DNA of 64,000 nucleotides from Trichosphaerium sp. ATCC 40318 (lineage: Eukaryota; Protista; Tubulinea), in assembly GCA_038496445.1 (NCBI GenBank), contig JALMLS010000103.1, positions 128,733 through 192,732 of the forward strand. The letters are read 5' to 3'. A program made the translations under genes and the position numbers. The notes under the pieces were generated by a model. It had not been told where the DNA came from and did not search any database. It saw only the letters and a program-made list of their open reading frames with translations. Within the stretch, counting starts at the first letter, position 1. The number at the start of each line of letters is the position of its first letter. Below are positions 11,769 through 25,159 of this stretch, piece by piece.

Positions 11769-14389
11769 CTAGCTATATAAAGCGTTCATATAAGCACGAA
11801 GGACTGGTTTAAGAATACCAGAATCAGCTGTTAAGGTGAAGCCTGTCATGTAGCTAAAAAATAAGAAAACTCATTAATTTCAGGTATTGTTTAGACATTA
11901 GTACGTACACGCTTGCCATTCCTTCTGATGATCCAGGGTTTCCTTTTACTTCCTCAATACATGCTTTTAAATCACCTAGCCACGCTTGAACATCAAAATC
12001 TGTGCGATCTCCAAGCTGTAGGTTCATACTAGTGAAAACGACATGAGAAATTTCTTGGGTTTTTTTTCTTGGTTTTTTTTTACCATATTGGTTTTTGCAT
12101 CCTATTGAAGTTCTTCCATCCGCGTGCTTCCAAAGCATCAGCTACCATCAAACTATCTGCTGCCGTTGTTCTAAACGGTAGACAACATGCATCTGGGGAT
12201 CCAACAATCTCAACTCCGTCCATATCATTGATACTACACTTTTGTTAACAATACTTTAATAAGAGTTTCAAACATACCCTTTCACAACCTCGTCAAACGT
12301 ATCTTGACAACGTCGAGCTGATTTCATAAATCCTTGTTACGATATTAGACACTCCATTACTTATAAATCTACATGTACCATCTTCACCCATTGAGATCAT
12401 AGCAGCCCAAGCACTCGCTTAAACAAAAAGACTAAGAATAAAGTAATTTTACACAAACGTTTACATACCTAGAATTCCACCTGAGCGAGATCCAGTCATT
12501 GAAGGTGAAGCGTATAACCCTCCTATTACAAAATAAATACACTTTTCAATACTTACTCAGAAAGCAATCGTTCTTACCACACCAGAAAGTTGTAGTATAA
12601 AAATGATACTTTCTAATTTCGGCATCCCTTTGAAAAAACACTTAGTTTTGTTTGATGGATTAACAAATACTGAAACTTACTTGAATATAACTGTACTAAC
12701 TCCTTTGGCTACATGTGCGTACTTGTGTACATCTGCAGTTATAGAAGTAACGCCAGGAACTATTTAACAATAAACAAACTGGTGTCTGTTCAAAAGACAA
12801 AAAGAGATCCAAAAGAACTGCTTCATTACCTTTCAAGTTATACTTTTTGGTTATAACACCCATCTTTGATAACCAAGGAATCAAAAAACCTCCCAAGCAA
12901 GAATCTAATTTTATCATAAACGACTCATGTGCTTAATCAAACAGAAAAAAAAATTTGTTCTTACCAACATGAAATGGAACACCTGCCGCCTTACTGATGC
13001 CAGCAAGAGTTGGTATATCGTCAATATGTCCATGAGGCCTTATGGATATCGTAAGATTCAAGGCAAAAAGGTGAAACTTCTTTATTAACGAGAAGCAGAG
13101 AAACCGTACCAACATGGTGCAGAAGCAGCGCACTGAAAAACAAGTTAGTATACAACCTCGAAGCAGCTCGTACCATGATTGTATTTTTGTTTATCCTTGA
13201 TTTGTACGCCGGAATATCAACAGTAACGTCTGCAGTCAGTGGTGTTGTTATGAATTCTACGCAAAGATACTCACACGCCTAAAAAATAAATAAACTTTTA
13301 AGAAATAATTAAGAAACAAATCTATACCTTCTTGAAAGCAGGATGAATAGTTACTGGTCCGACCCTTTTTTTACCAAAATAAGTACACTCATTACAACAA
13401 CGAAAAAGTATAAAATAACAACTAGAATAACACAAACGCCAGGAAATTAATGTGGGAAAATAGCACGTGCATATTTGGTTTTGTGATTCCTTTAACTTCT
13501 TTTGCGTAGTCTCTGTACGCTTTTACTGTCATAAGAATACTTTCTGTACCACCCGTTGTACAAACACCAACACAGTCATCGTCGCCACCAAGCATATTAA
13601 TAGTCATACGGATAATGTCGTTCTAATAAAATTAAGCTTACTTCAAACTTGAAAATTCTCGTACCTCAAACTTTCTGACTCCTGGGAATACAAGCGGGTA
13701 CGTAGCATTTGTTCTTTCGAACATACAATAAGCTTCCGTAGCAATAGGTATTTTGGCGCCATATATACCAGCCATTGCTTTTCCTGACTTGAATGACTTC
13801 TGATTGGCTATTTCTTCCTAAACAAACTTAGTTTTATTGTTTTTCCGAAAAAAAAACTGTTCGTTCACCAACCTCAAGGTATCCTTTGATTTTATCAGAA
13901 TCTACACCCTAACAACGATATTATTATTTAAAAAAGTGCTTAAATCCAAAATGGATAGAAACAATGTGTACCGATGCTGGAATAGTCAAAAATCTATTCT
14001 CATCATTTTCTTTTGTCTTTTTAACCATTTCGACAACCTATGATAAGGAAAAGTTTTTCTTTAGATCTCATTGACAGGTATTTTCTCTTTTACCTTTGAT
14101 ATTGCTTTCTTTTGCTCTCCTTTTATAATCCCACGCGTCCCTGGTAATTGTTGACTTTTTTTCAAAATATAAGCGAATAACGTGTCTTTAATGCCTTCAA
14201 ACAAGCGTTAGGTTGTTTGTGTCGTTGTAATTAAACTAAATAAACGTTTAAATAACACTTACCATACTTGCGTAAAGAGCTAAATACGTAATAAACCGCT
14301 ACAGCACATATCACGTGTTCAATCCACCGTAAAGTTTTTGTAGGAAAGTATTGCTTCAAAAACTCGGCAATACGCGCTACACTGTCCAT
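11769..14389 (-). CDS. SGPL1: Sphingosine-1-phosphate lyase (PLP-dependent), multi-exon
   Basis: CTTGGTESILMTVKAYRD, PHGHIDDI, FHVDSCLGGFLIP, ITADVHKY, GGLYASPSMTGSRSG motifs. Confidence 0.92.
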
Positions 14390-14705
14390 GACACGAGCTG
14401 TGTTTAAGACGATGGTTGACCAAAGAACCTAAAGTGAGTTATAGTCGTCTACTTTGTTGACTTCACAAGTGTCATGATTCGTGTCAATGGCGACACATGT
14501 GAATCAAACAGAGCTAGCTGTGATGTGTTATACAGAGAGTTGTTCGCTTGACAAAATGTCCTACTATTTGACACTTTTTTTAGCAAAATTGGCCTTGTTT
14601 GCCGAAAAAAAAAACTGGTTTTTGGTCTTTCTTTTGCCTGTCTAGCGAATTCAACGCATTTCGAAAGCTACTAGGTACATCACTGAGTTTGCAACCAATA
14701 CTACC

Positions 14706-17594
14706 ATGAGCTTCCCATCACGTACTGTTAGCACAAGGTGAGTTCAAAAAAAACTGTTTTAAAACGCGTTGTATTGGTGCCAACCGCTGTTATACAGGTT
14801 TGGGTACCTTGATTTATCCAGCTTGAAACCAAAAGCTGCCAACGCAGGCCCAAAGTCTCCACGTGCGACAAACTCTGGTTTCGATACGTTTGAAGTCATA
14901 TCAGACATGTGTCCTGGCAAAGAAAGCAAATGGCCTCACAGAAGCGTTAATACGAAATTTATGTGCACAATGGGACCAGCAGTACTAGAGGAGGGTAAAA
15001 TGAAAGAGTTACTACAAAGCGGCATGCAAATAGCAAGATTTAATTTCTCGCACGGCACTGCACAAGTACGTTACTCTAATGATGTCCTTCACGCTAAAAA
15101 TGGCGCTCTACAATTTTTTTAAACGCAAAAACGAGCACATTGAACAAAACATTCGTAGCAGCTCAGAATTTGGGTATTTTAGCCTCGTTTAGCTTCTAAG
15201 CTTTATTTTATTCCTTCACGTGATTTGATGGTTGTTTAGGATCGTATGAAGGCCTTGGAATTACTTCGTAACGCTGAAAAGGAGACTGGCATACAATGTG
15301 CTACATTATGCGATACTCACGGCGCTGAAATAAGAACGGTAAAAAGAAGAAAAACTGAAAATTGTTTTAGGCTTTTTTGAACGCCTCTGCGTTTGGGAAC
15401 CTTTAGTTCTCGTTGCTATGTTATCCTTTGAACCCGTAATAATGTAAATTATGAGTTACAACATGAACTATGAGAATTGGAGACCCTGAATCGCCTCTTT
15501 GTGACATTTTTATTTATTTTTTACAAACCGTTGTTTTGTTTTATTTTTAAATTGCTTCTAGGGTAAAGTTACAGGCGGTAAAGCTTTTCTAAAGGAAGGA
15601 GAGAAGTTTAATATCTACGTGAACTACATGATTGGTGACGAAAAGGGTGTATGCTTGAGAGACTTTTGGGAGTTTCCAAAGTTTGTTCAGGTACTAAAAT
15701 AATAATTATGCGATTTGTTTGATTTGACATCCTTCTGTAGGTTGGAGATATCTTGCGACTTGATTACGGTTTAGTTAGCCTTAAAGTAACAGCTGTAAAA
15801 AAGTTCAGTGTTGAGACAGTAATTGAGAACAGTGGACCTTTGGGTGATCATAAAATCAGTACTGTCATTTTTCTTTTCAAGCATGTGCTCCACAACTGCT
15901 TTATTTGTCTTCTCTCGTTACTTATAAGTATAGTTACTGTCTTGGGACAAAAAGGATCTATCAATGATAGACCTTTCTTGGCATACAAGGATACCATTGA
16001 TATTGATTTTGCAATCCGCAATAACTTTGACTTTATCGCAGCGTCTTATGTTCAAGTATGTTCTTACCGGCTTACAAAAAAGATATTGTATTAAACAAAT
16101 TAATTAATTAATAGAGAAAAGAAGATGTTTCAGAACTCAGGGAGCTTCCTGGTGTACGTCAGAACCAAAACCTAAAACAACCTTCTTTTTCATTGAAAAG
16201 TTATTGGTTCTACCCGATCTGGAAAACATTTATTTTTAAAATCTATGTAGGTTGCAGAGTCTGGTATTGCTATCATCTCTAAAATCGAGTCTCAATTGGC
16301 TTATGATAACTTGGAGGAGATTATTAGTGTTTCAGATGGTATTTACCTTACCCGCTCAGATATTGCTGTAGAAGTACCTATTTGGAAGGTAAGACAATCA
16401 ATGTTCTCTGCATCACGCACAGAATTATTACTAAGACAGTTTTGCAGATCTGCGAAGTACAAAAAGACATTGCAAAGAAATGTACGTTGTTGAGCTCCTA
16501 TTTTACTATATCTATTACTGTTTTGCTTTAAGATTCCTACAGTGACTGATATGTTCTTTTAGGTAACCAAGCAGGTGTTCCTTGCTTTTTGGGTTCACAA
16601 GTGTTGACATCAATGGTCAGAAACCCAAGACCAACAAGGTAATTAAATTTTGTTGGGTACGACTTTTTCTGTGCTTCTTATGCCTCATAGAGCTGAGTGT
16701 ACTGACGTTGCCAATGCTATATACGAAGGATATGATGGTCTTTGTCTTACTACTTGCACTGCTATTGGAAAATACCCAGTAGAGGCTTTGGAGCAACTTA
16801 CAAAGATTGCAGTTGAAGTAGAAAAAGAACAAGGGTAAGGAGGCCATTCTTTTCGCATTTAGAAAGGCATTTTCTTATTTGTCTATCTAGTTCCTATGAT
16901 CTGTACGTTAAAATGAGACAACATGTTCTACGTACAGTAGATGTTGTAAGCACCACAGAGGTACATAGTTGAACCTTTTCTCGTTTTTTTCTTAGAAATG
17001 TTGCTTCTATTGTCACAATTTTTTTTTATCTTGTGCTAAAACTTTGGATTAGACTGTTGCTTCTTCTATTGTAAAGTCTGCGTGGGATCTTAATGCAACT
17101 CTCATTTTGCTTCTATCTCAAAACGGAGACAACTCTAGATTTATTGCAAAATACAGACCTCATTGTCCTGTAATTTGTGTTACTGATGGCAAAACTGCCC
17201 GTCAAGTATTACAGCATAGGTAAGTGCATTTCAACTTTTTTAAGCTCAGTAGTGACACTAAAGTTACATTTTTTAAATTGGCACAAATGCTGTCAATGTA
17301 AAGATAGTTTTAATCGCTTTTGTCTGTTTGACTCTAATTGGGTTTTTTTAGATGTTGTTCTGGTAGAGTCGTAGATAATATTGGAGAACAAATTGCTAAA
17401 GGTAACGCAGAATCTATCATTAAAGACACCATAGAATACGCTAAGAAGCAAGGTAAGATAAAATGTGAAGAGAATTTTATCACTTCTGTATTTTACTAAT
17501 TTGGTTTCTAGGTCTTGTGGAATCTGGTGAACATATAATAGTAGCCTCTGGTAAAGAAGAAATTAGCCATTACGTTGTAAGAGTGGTAGAATAA
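14706..17594 (+). CDS. pyk: Pyruvate kinase-like protein with divergent active-site motifs, multi-exon
   Basis: TKFMCTMGP, ARFNFSHG, DTHGAEIRT, IISKIES, NPRPTRAECTDVANAI, GKYPVEA, KYRPHCPVI. Confidence 0.9.
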
Positions 17595-18107
17595 TAAAAC
17601 CAAGACGAGCAAGCAATAAAATGTTCTTTTTGTGCTGCATTTGTTAAAGTTGAGGGTTTTCTATTATTTAGATAGTTAGAATGATATTCTCGACTGTCTG
17701 GTTTACTATATCATTGAATCAAATACCAAGATCAACTAGGTATGATTTGTTATTATTTCAGTATTGAACAGACTGTTGTGAAGACATAGGGCTGGATTGC
17801 CATCCTTGTACATGCAATGTACTTGCAGTGTACCTCTATCGTTCCATTGTTTGTATTCTCCATGTAGCACACAACCTTTTTTATAGCCACAATGTATCTT
17901 CATCTGTCCATTTTGTACACAGTGAGAAAGACTATTCGAACAAGTCTTAGCAAGTCAACGAACCGGTGTGCAGTGAGTGTAATTTAGTTGCCACAAGCGT
18001 AAGTACGATTGAAAAGAAAACCTGAGGTTGCATTGATATGATGAGTGTTTGTTGCTCTGAGAGCAAGATTGACAACATGAACAACGATTTATTTGGTTCT
18101 TTTTTTT

Positions 18108-19926
18108 TTAGCTTTCCAAAGCATCCAATCGTATACGAACTTCTTCTATTTGGTTATCAACACATACTTGCGTTTCTTCATCACCGAGAGCATCACAACG
18201 AAGAGAAAGCGCTGCTTTGCTAGCCAAAACACGAGCAATCTACGAAAAATGTGAGAATTGACCATATTGATGTAAGCGAGCTTAAGGTTGAAGTTGCAGG
18301 TATGTTTTCTTTCACTAAAATAGTTTTTTTGTTGTTTGCTCACTTGTGTTGACTAACAAAATCAATGCTTTAGAGTGTTAGATAATGTGGACATACCATT
18401 CCTTTTGGTTCAGTAGATTTAATGAAAGAAGAGTGGTATATTAGGCCATATTTTGGTGTATTACCATTATTTTTCAATGCACGAAACAGAGCTTTTTCTG
18501 CTCCAAGAATTTGTATTGTAGAAGCAGGGATCTTCATCTTTTGTGTGGCACTAAATACCTTTGAAATACGTTTTGCGTCCCAATCTGGGCTCAATAGGCT
18601 TGAGACACTAGGAGCAATAATCTAACAAAGTTTTATGAGGGCTGAGAAAAATAGGAGAAAGCAAGAGCGAGAGTTGCGTAAAACGAAGGATTATGAAGCA
18701 TGAACGTACATTCATTTGGTTTTTGATGTTTGCTATTAGTTCTTTCTTGTACTGTAATGCTTCTATGACATCATCACAATGTTGCGTAATGGCGTTGATA
18801 TCTTCTACTGATACATCAGTACCCATACTCTGCTCAGCGGCTATTTGTAGTTGTGTAATAGTATCATTATCCATAAGAGATGTCAAATCAGTTTTAGCAA
18901 TATTTTTTCTGTTACCTACAACAAAAAGGTTAAAAAACAGAGATTGATAAAGTGATCAGTTCATAAACCAACATAATGAAAATCACGGGGGGTGGGTGTA
19001 GTACCAACTAGTTTGACAACTTTAACATATACTATATCATCGACGATATTTACCATTTCTGGAAAATGCCATCCATACCACTCTTTAACACGCAGTACTT
19101 TTGTTTCAATTTTTTTTTCTGTTTCCTCCAAAAGAGCTAAATAGACTTCTTGTTAGTACTGGTAGCAAGATATTATTATGTCATGACTTTAAAAAACACT
19201 TCGTTTTGAACTGAAACTATCAAGGAAAGGAGAGATGGCCTCCGCGCCGTAAATCAATGTCACGGAGATTAGCAAAGGATTTATGTCTGTGCTTGAAACA
19301 TGACAAGTGAACTATAAACAGTGGTGTCACGTACAGATGCTTTCGGCAATCCTCTCATTAGACTGTTCCTTTTGGTCTATTTGATTGCTAAGATTATGAG
19401 CTAGCTCCGTTCTTTTTTGATCCATGTCTATCTTCCCGACTTCACCTTCAAGCAAGGCATCTAGTTGTTGCCGTATACAACGCATAAGTTCTTGTGTAGA
19501 GCTTGTGTGAATGCATTTTATACCAATAGCTTCTTCTATACGCTCTCCGAGCTTATTGTCGGATACCGCTAGTGTTTTTGTCTTATCGGCGTGGTCGTTG
19601 AGAAACTGGATAACAAATCCGTTTACGAAGCTATCAAGTAGTGATTTTGTAGTTTCTGTGGCGTTGAGTGCTGATTCAAACGGTTGGAACGCCACAACAT
19701 CAATTCTACCGATTTAAGATAAGTGAATGCCTAAATGGTATCTAAAAGCTCATATACGCACAGATTCTTTGCATTATTGATGTCTATGAACTCGTTAATC
19801 ATATTCTTCTCTCTGTCTAAAATTCCGTCATCTTTCAGCTTGAACAAGGCAAGGCCCGCTTATAATTGGTTAGAATACGTTCGCCTCATTATTGTAAGTA
19901 CCAGCTGTTGCTAGAAAGACCAACAT
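18108..19926 (-). CDS. NOP58: NOP58/NOP56-family box C/D snoRNP protein, divergent, lacking the KKE/D tail
   Basis: MLVFLATA-GLALFK, RVKEWYGWHFPE, AAEQSMGTDVS, PASTIQILGAEKALFRALK...TPKYGLIYHS, IARVLASKAALSLRCDALG. Confidence 0.85.
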
Positions 19927-21040
19927 TCTAAGAAATTTTGACTACGCAAAGACCACTGCCCCAACAAACTAAGGTTCAAGATATGGTGAGTGTCGTAAGG
20001 TTCACCGCACTCCGACGTATTTTGGCATAGTGGGTTATAATATGCGACCAGTTCCATGTTAAAAAGCTAAAGTACTACTTTTGCAATTTACAAAGTTTGT
20101 TTTCACGCGATAATTTTGTCGTTTCAACCCATCGTTATGAATAAAAAGCGTGAAAAGAGGAACGTTCAGTTATACCTTCAGTGTTGCGGTTGTACTTCAA
20201 TCAATGCTTGCATTAAAGGCTGTTTAGGTACACTGTTACCAACAGAATTGCACCACAGCTAAAGGCACAACTCTTTCTGAATTAATTGTTGTAAACAATC
20301 ACGTTTTGAAACTTGGAATTTTCTAAGCCAACACTGAAATGTCCTAAACGATCTTTATCTAGAAGGCAAGAATATCATCATTTCTGTTTACACCAGCCAA
20401 GAGTAAACAATTTGAAATGGCTGGTGGAATCAGAAAATGTTTAGTGGGGAAATTGGCAAGTTTAGTATTATTTGGTCAATTTTTGGAGAGTTTGTTCGAA
20501 TATTTATGTGTACAAATACGCTGACTGTAGTTAGAAAAGTACGGTGATAAGTCCTATTGCAAAGCAGTTTCTTTACGTTTGTTGTATCTAACCTAGCGCA
20601 CTAGCGAATATTCTTTGTAAAACACGCGCTAGTCGCTTGTTTATGGAGAATCCAAAACATTGTTGGTTTAGTGATCTACTATTGGCTTTGAACTATATCC
20701 TGTAGCGGAGTAACAAATACAACGCGTTGCGCTAGTTGTAGTAACTTGCTCGATAAGTCCTCGCAAGTTCTTGGCTCTCTGTCACTCCATAACCCTACAC
20801 TAATCGGCCTTTTTAATCTCGCTTTATTTTAAAGGGCAAATGAACCCGATAAACTAACAAAACCAGAACGTATTAAGCAACCTTGGTGCGTGTTATATAC
20901 TATTTAACGGCTTTTTTAGCCAGTACACAATGATAACGTTATGTTACGGAAAATAAATCACGTGTTTTTCAGAACATTTTATCACGTGATGTGTACACAA
21001 ACAAAACAAATCAGTAAACACAAAACAACACACGCAACAG

Positions 21041-21976
21041 ATGAATACTCTCATTTTACTTGCGCTGGCTTGCGTTATCGCTGTAACTACAGCACAATGG
21101 AACCCACGGCATCCTGGTTGGACAGACAGTTATTCTCGAGGTGGTAGATGCTGGTGTCGTTCTAGTAACTTCGATCACGACCTAGACGACATTACAAAAG
21201 TTTGGTTCGTTATCAACGGCGTAAGAAGAAACATCAGAACAATCTGTGAAGAACTCGAGAAGCACCCAAACTACGCACCATTCAGGGATGGTACCGACCC
21301 ACCTTACAACGATATTCAATGCGGTAACGGTCCACCAAACACTGCCGCTGATGAAACAGGGTGTCCTGGAAGAACCGATCTAGGACCTAGCGGATGTAAC
21401 AATATTGGTGTAAAATGGGATGTCGCTTGGCTCAGAGGGCGTCCAATCTTCGGCGGCGGTAGTACCCCTCCACCACCAACTGGTAATACATTTATTATCC
21501 GTAAAGGAAATGCAAATGGGTTCGCTCTTGATGGCGGTAATGGCGCATCTAACAACCAAAATGTAAAGCTTTGGACGTACCGCAGATCAAACGTAAACCA
21601 ACAATTTGAACAAATCTCCAGAAGCGGCGGTTTTGTTTCGTTCAAGAAAAAGAACACAAATCATTGTTTAGATGGTGGTTCTGGAGGACGTAGAGGACAA
21701 AATTTGAAGTTGAATCCTTGCGGTACCAATAACCAAAATCAACACTGGAGGAAGGTTAGTGGTCGTTACTTTTTTTCTTTTTTTTTTCTTGAAAGGTTCA
21801 TCTTTTTAATTTTTTTTAAGGTGAATGTTGGCGGTGGTAAAACAAGACTTCAGAAGAGGAACGCCGGTGGATTTTCTATTGATGGAAACAACGGTGGTGC
21901 AAGAAACCAAAATGTCTACTTGTGGAGCTCATCCAACTCAAACGGAAATCAACAATGGATCTTAGAAAGCGTATAA
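21041..21976 (+). CDS. Secreted protein: signal peptide, Cys-rich domain, Pro linker and ricin-B lectin domain; probable 66-nt intron at 21755-21820
   Basis: Hydrophobic N-terminus, then WTDSYSRGGRCWC...YNDIQCGNGP. Three QxW-type repeats (NQQF, NQHW, NQQW). The GT...AG T-rich segment interrupts the lectin repeat. Confidence 0.85.
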   Translation: MNTLILLALACVIAVTTAQWNPRHPGWTDSYSRGGRCWCRSSNFDHDLDDITKVWFVINGVRRNIRTICEELEKHPNYAPFRDGTDPPYNDIQCGNGPPNTAADETGCPGRTDLGPSGCNNIGVKWDVAWLRGRPIFGGGSTPPPPTGNTFIIRKGNANGFALDGGNGASNNQNVKLWTYRRSNVNQQFEQISRSGGFVSFKKKNTNHCLDGGSGGRRGQNLKLNPCGTNNQNQHWRKVSGRYFFSFFFLERFIFLIFFKVNVGGGKTRLQKRNAGGFSIDGNNGGARNQNVYLWSSSNSNGNQQWILESV

Positions 21977-22410
21977 AGATTGTATTTCAATAAACTAGCC
22001 TTTTTACACTGTATTATTTGCTTTAGTTTTGTTTATCATCAATACAATGCACCACAATAGAAACATTGTCATAAGTAAGGTACCTTGTTTCAGAATATGC
22101 AGTTGGAACGTTATATTTCATCAACAAATGCAACAGCTCAACGGTAATTCTTTCTGGTGGTCTTTACGGATTATGTGTTGTTGAGTGATAAAAACCGATA
22201 AGTATTAAACATCACGTGTCTTCAATGGTTGAACTGTTTGCCATGTCTCAAACAATTAGATGATTAAATTGCTGCCGTAAAAATTGTAGTTCCAGCCGTT
22301 CGGCCACAAAGCAACGATTTTTATTGGTTTTTGTTTAAATACGAACGTTGACTAGTCTAATTAGCGCCGTGACACCACCGCAAGAATGCTACTGGAGAGT
22401 TGAGGGTACC

Positions 22411-24692
22411 ATGCATCTAAACGCGTTTAGAAGCCGTTTTATTATACGGCGCGCTACAATGCATCGCTACGGCGCGTGCATGCCTTCGTATGCGGGTTTC
22501 GCGACGGTACGTCTTTAATTACCCCCAAAATTATTTAACTATGCTCCTTACGCATTAAAACCGCGTATTGATTGGTATTTTGGAGTTACACCGCTTTATT
22601 AATTTTCTTTCCATAAAATACGTTCACACGCTCAAAAAACCGTTATGTAGGCGATAAATAATGAAACCAACGATATTAACGCAACCAGAAGCAAACATAT
22701 GAGAAAATACTTGAGAAAAAAGCAGAACGATTCAGATTTCTCTGTCAGAACTTTCACCTCTGCAGTGCCACAAATAGATGATTTTGACTTTTCCTTAAAT
22801 GAACTACGTTCTTTACGAAGTGAAGGACATGAATTGAACTCACGTGCTTACGCATCTGTCTTTCGTTTAGCTCCAAACTTGGAAGAAGCAATTTCACTTA
22901 TTCCGGAGATGCAAAAAGATAAAGTACCTATTGACGTTGTCATCTCTTCTACAATTCTTAAGATAAGTGGTGGCGAAAAAGACCCAGAGAAGAGCTTATT
23001 TGCTATGGATAAACTTATTGATTTGGGATATAATCCAGATGTTAAGGCATACAATAACTTGTTAAATGTTTTTGTTAGAAATCATCGAGTTGACTTAACT
23101 CTAAAGAAACTTAATGAGATGGAGTCAAAAGGCTTTAAACCTAATTTATATACACATAACTTGATTCTTACATTATGGGCGAATGAAGGTAATATAGATG
23201 AAGCTATGAGTCAGTTTGATTTTATGGAATCAAAGAATGAGACAAATTGTATTACACATGAAATAATCTTTGAATTGTTCGCTAAGAAGGATAAGATAAA
23301 AAGAATAATTAAACATTATGATTATATGGTATCAAAGAATATAGTACCAAGTACAAAAGCATATACAACTTTAATATGTGCATTGTCAAGAGTTGGTAAT
23401 AATTATGATGAAAAAATTTTAAAGGTTCACCAAGATATGCTCGAGAATAATGTTAGGACAAGTATTATAATTCAAAATATATTAGAAAATGTAACAAAAT
23501 TACAAGACACAAACGGATTCGTACTAGGTACATGTCTAAGGGTTTTTTTAAGCGAAATTGTTTATGTCCTAACTTTCTCTCTTTTTTCTTAGAAAAAGAC
23601 TTACATGATGCCATGGAAGCTTGCCTTTTGCCTGCATTGGCAGGGTTTATAATGGAAGAAGTTGATATGGTTAAGCGTATGAAGACTGATTTTAAAGGTT
23701 ATGATATCGAAATATGTGAAACAGACAAGCACATGATAAAACAGCTTGACGTTCTTATCACGAAACTAAAAACATATCCTTGGTTATCGATTGATCTTGA
23801 AGGTATTGTGAACAGAATAACAGTAATTCAAGTACGCTATTTGGTTAACAAGAGTGTTGGTTTATTCACTTATGTTTAGATGTGCGTTGATAAGAAGGTT
23901 TTAGTGTTGCACTCACAAAGGTCATGGAGTGATGATGTAATAAAGAGTATGGATTTTTGGTTTACTTTTGGTATTTTATTAAACATTCTCTTTTCTTAAG
24001 GATTGAAGCAAGTTGTTGAAGATACTTCTATAACAAAGATGTTTTGGGCTTATCACTGGGACGTTAAAGTATTCAACAAACACATGGGTATGCGCTCAAT
24101 ACATTTGACTTGAATTTTTACCATCGAGATTGTGTTTGTTCTAGGTTTTTTTTAAATGGGTCATAGGAATTAACGTCAAAAATATACTGGACCTACAATT
24201 AGTCCATCAGAAGATGGAAAAGCAATCACGTGTTCTTGGTTTAGCAAAGGCAGCTGCAAAGTATACAAACCGCGATTGTACGCTATCTTTTTTTTTACTT
24301 GACTGTGAGCTTAGAACTTCTACTCTTTTACAGACTTGCTCATGTTGAACTTGATCCAGATCGGCCTGTTCTTTGCCTTGGATAATTAGAAATTACTTTA
24401 AATTATCCTCACAACATTTTACACTCATCTCCTCTTATTGCATCTTTATTCACCTTCTCATTTAGATGTCAAACATAATAATGTAATGTCAGCTCTGATG
24501 AAAGGATCACGAGGTCGTTATTGGTCCTCTTTTAAAACACTCCCTTCTTCAGCAAAATTTTATGCAATTTCTGACGTTTTGAGTATACAAGAACTTTTTA
24601 TCGCTTTTTTGAAGCTAAACATTGACTTCAATGAAACAAGGTTTATACATCCTAAAGACAAGAAAAAGGCTTCTCCGTATGCCATACAATAA
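22411..24692 (+). CDS. Pentatricopeptide-repeat protein fused to a C-terminal DEDDy 3'-5' exonuclease, probably mitochondrial
   Basis: Arg-rich N-terminus MHLNAFRSRFIIRRAT. PPR motifs PDVKAYNNLL, PNLYTHNLIL, PSTKAYTTLI. Exo I SIDLEG, Exo II AYHWDV, Exo III YAISD. Confidence 0.8.
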
Positions 24693-25159
24693 AAATAAAT
24701 GTAATCATTACTGAAGTATGTTTCAGAGCAAGCTAGGCCATCATACAAAATGAGTCACCGTGGTGCAAATAGTAGTTTAGTGTTAATGCATGAAGTACTG
24801 TATAGTTGTAGCGATTGTTTTATTAGTAGGCAAATCACGTTTTTGTGCAAATATGGGTTACACTGTGTCAAGGTTGGTTGCAATTACAGCTTCTTGTCAG
24901 TGTTGTAGTGTGCGTGTTGCTTCAATTAATTACAGAACTGAATCTTGTACCAAAAAACAGCATCAGTTCTGGCTTAAACTTGTACGTGACAATTGCCAGG
25001 TTTTATTACAATTTTTGATCCCTCTTTAGCGTCTACAAACAATGTAGTATACATAAGTTCTACCCCAAACACAATAAGTCAACCAGAGTACCTAATTTCA
25101 GATAACCAGCAACGTCAGCTTTTATCTGCTTTGAAAATAGAAGCAAGTATAAGGCTACA

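Noticed and set aside
18918-19335. snoRNAs in the longer NOP58 introns
   Set aside because: No convincing RUGAUGA/CUGA pair or H/ACA boxes were seen.
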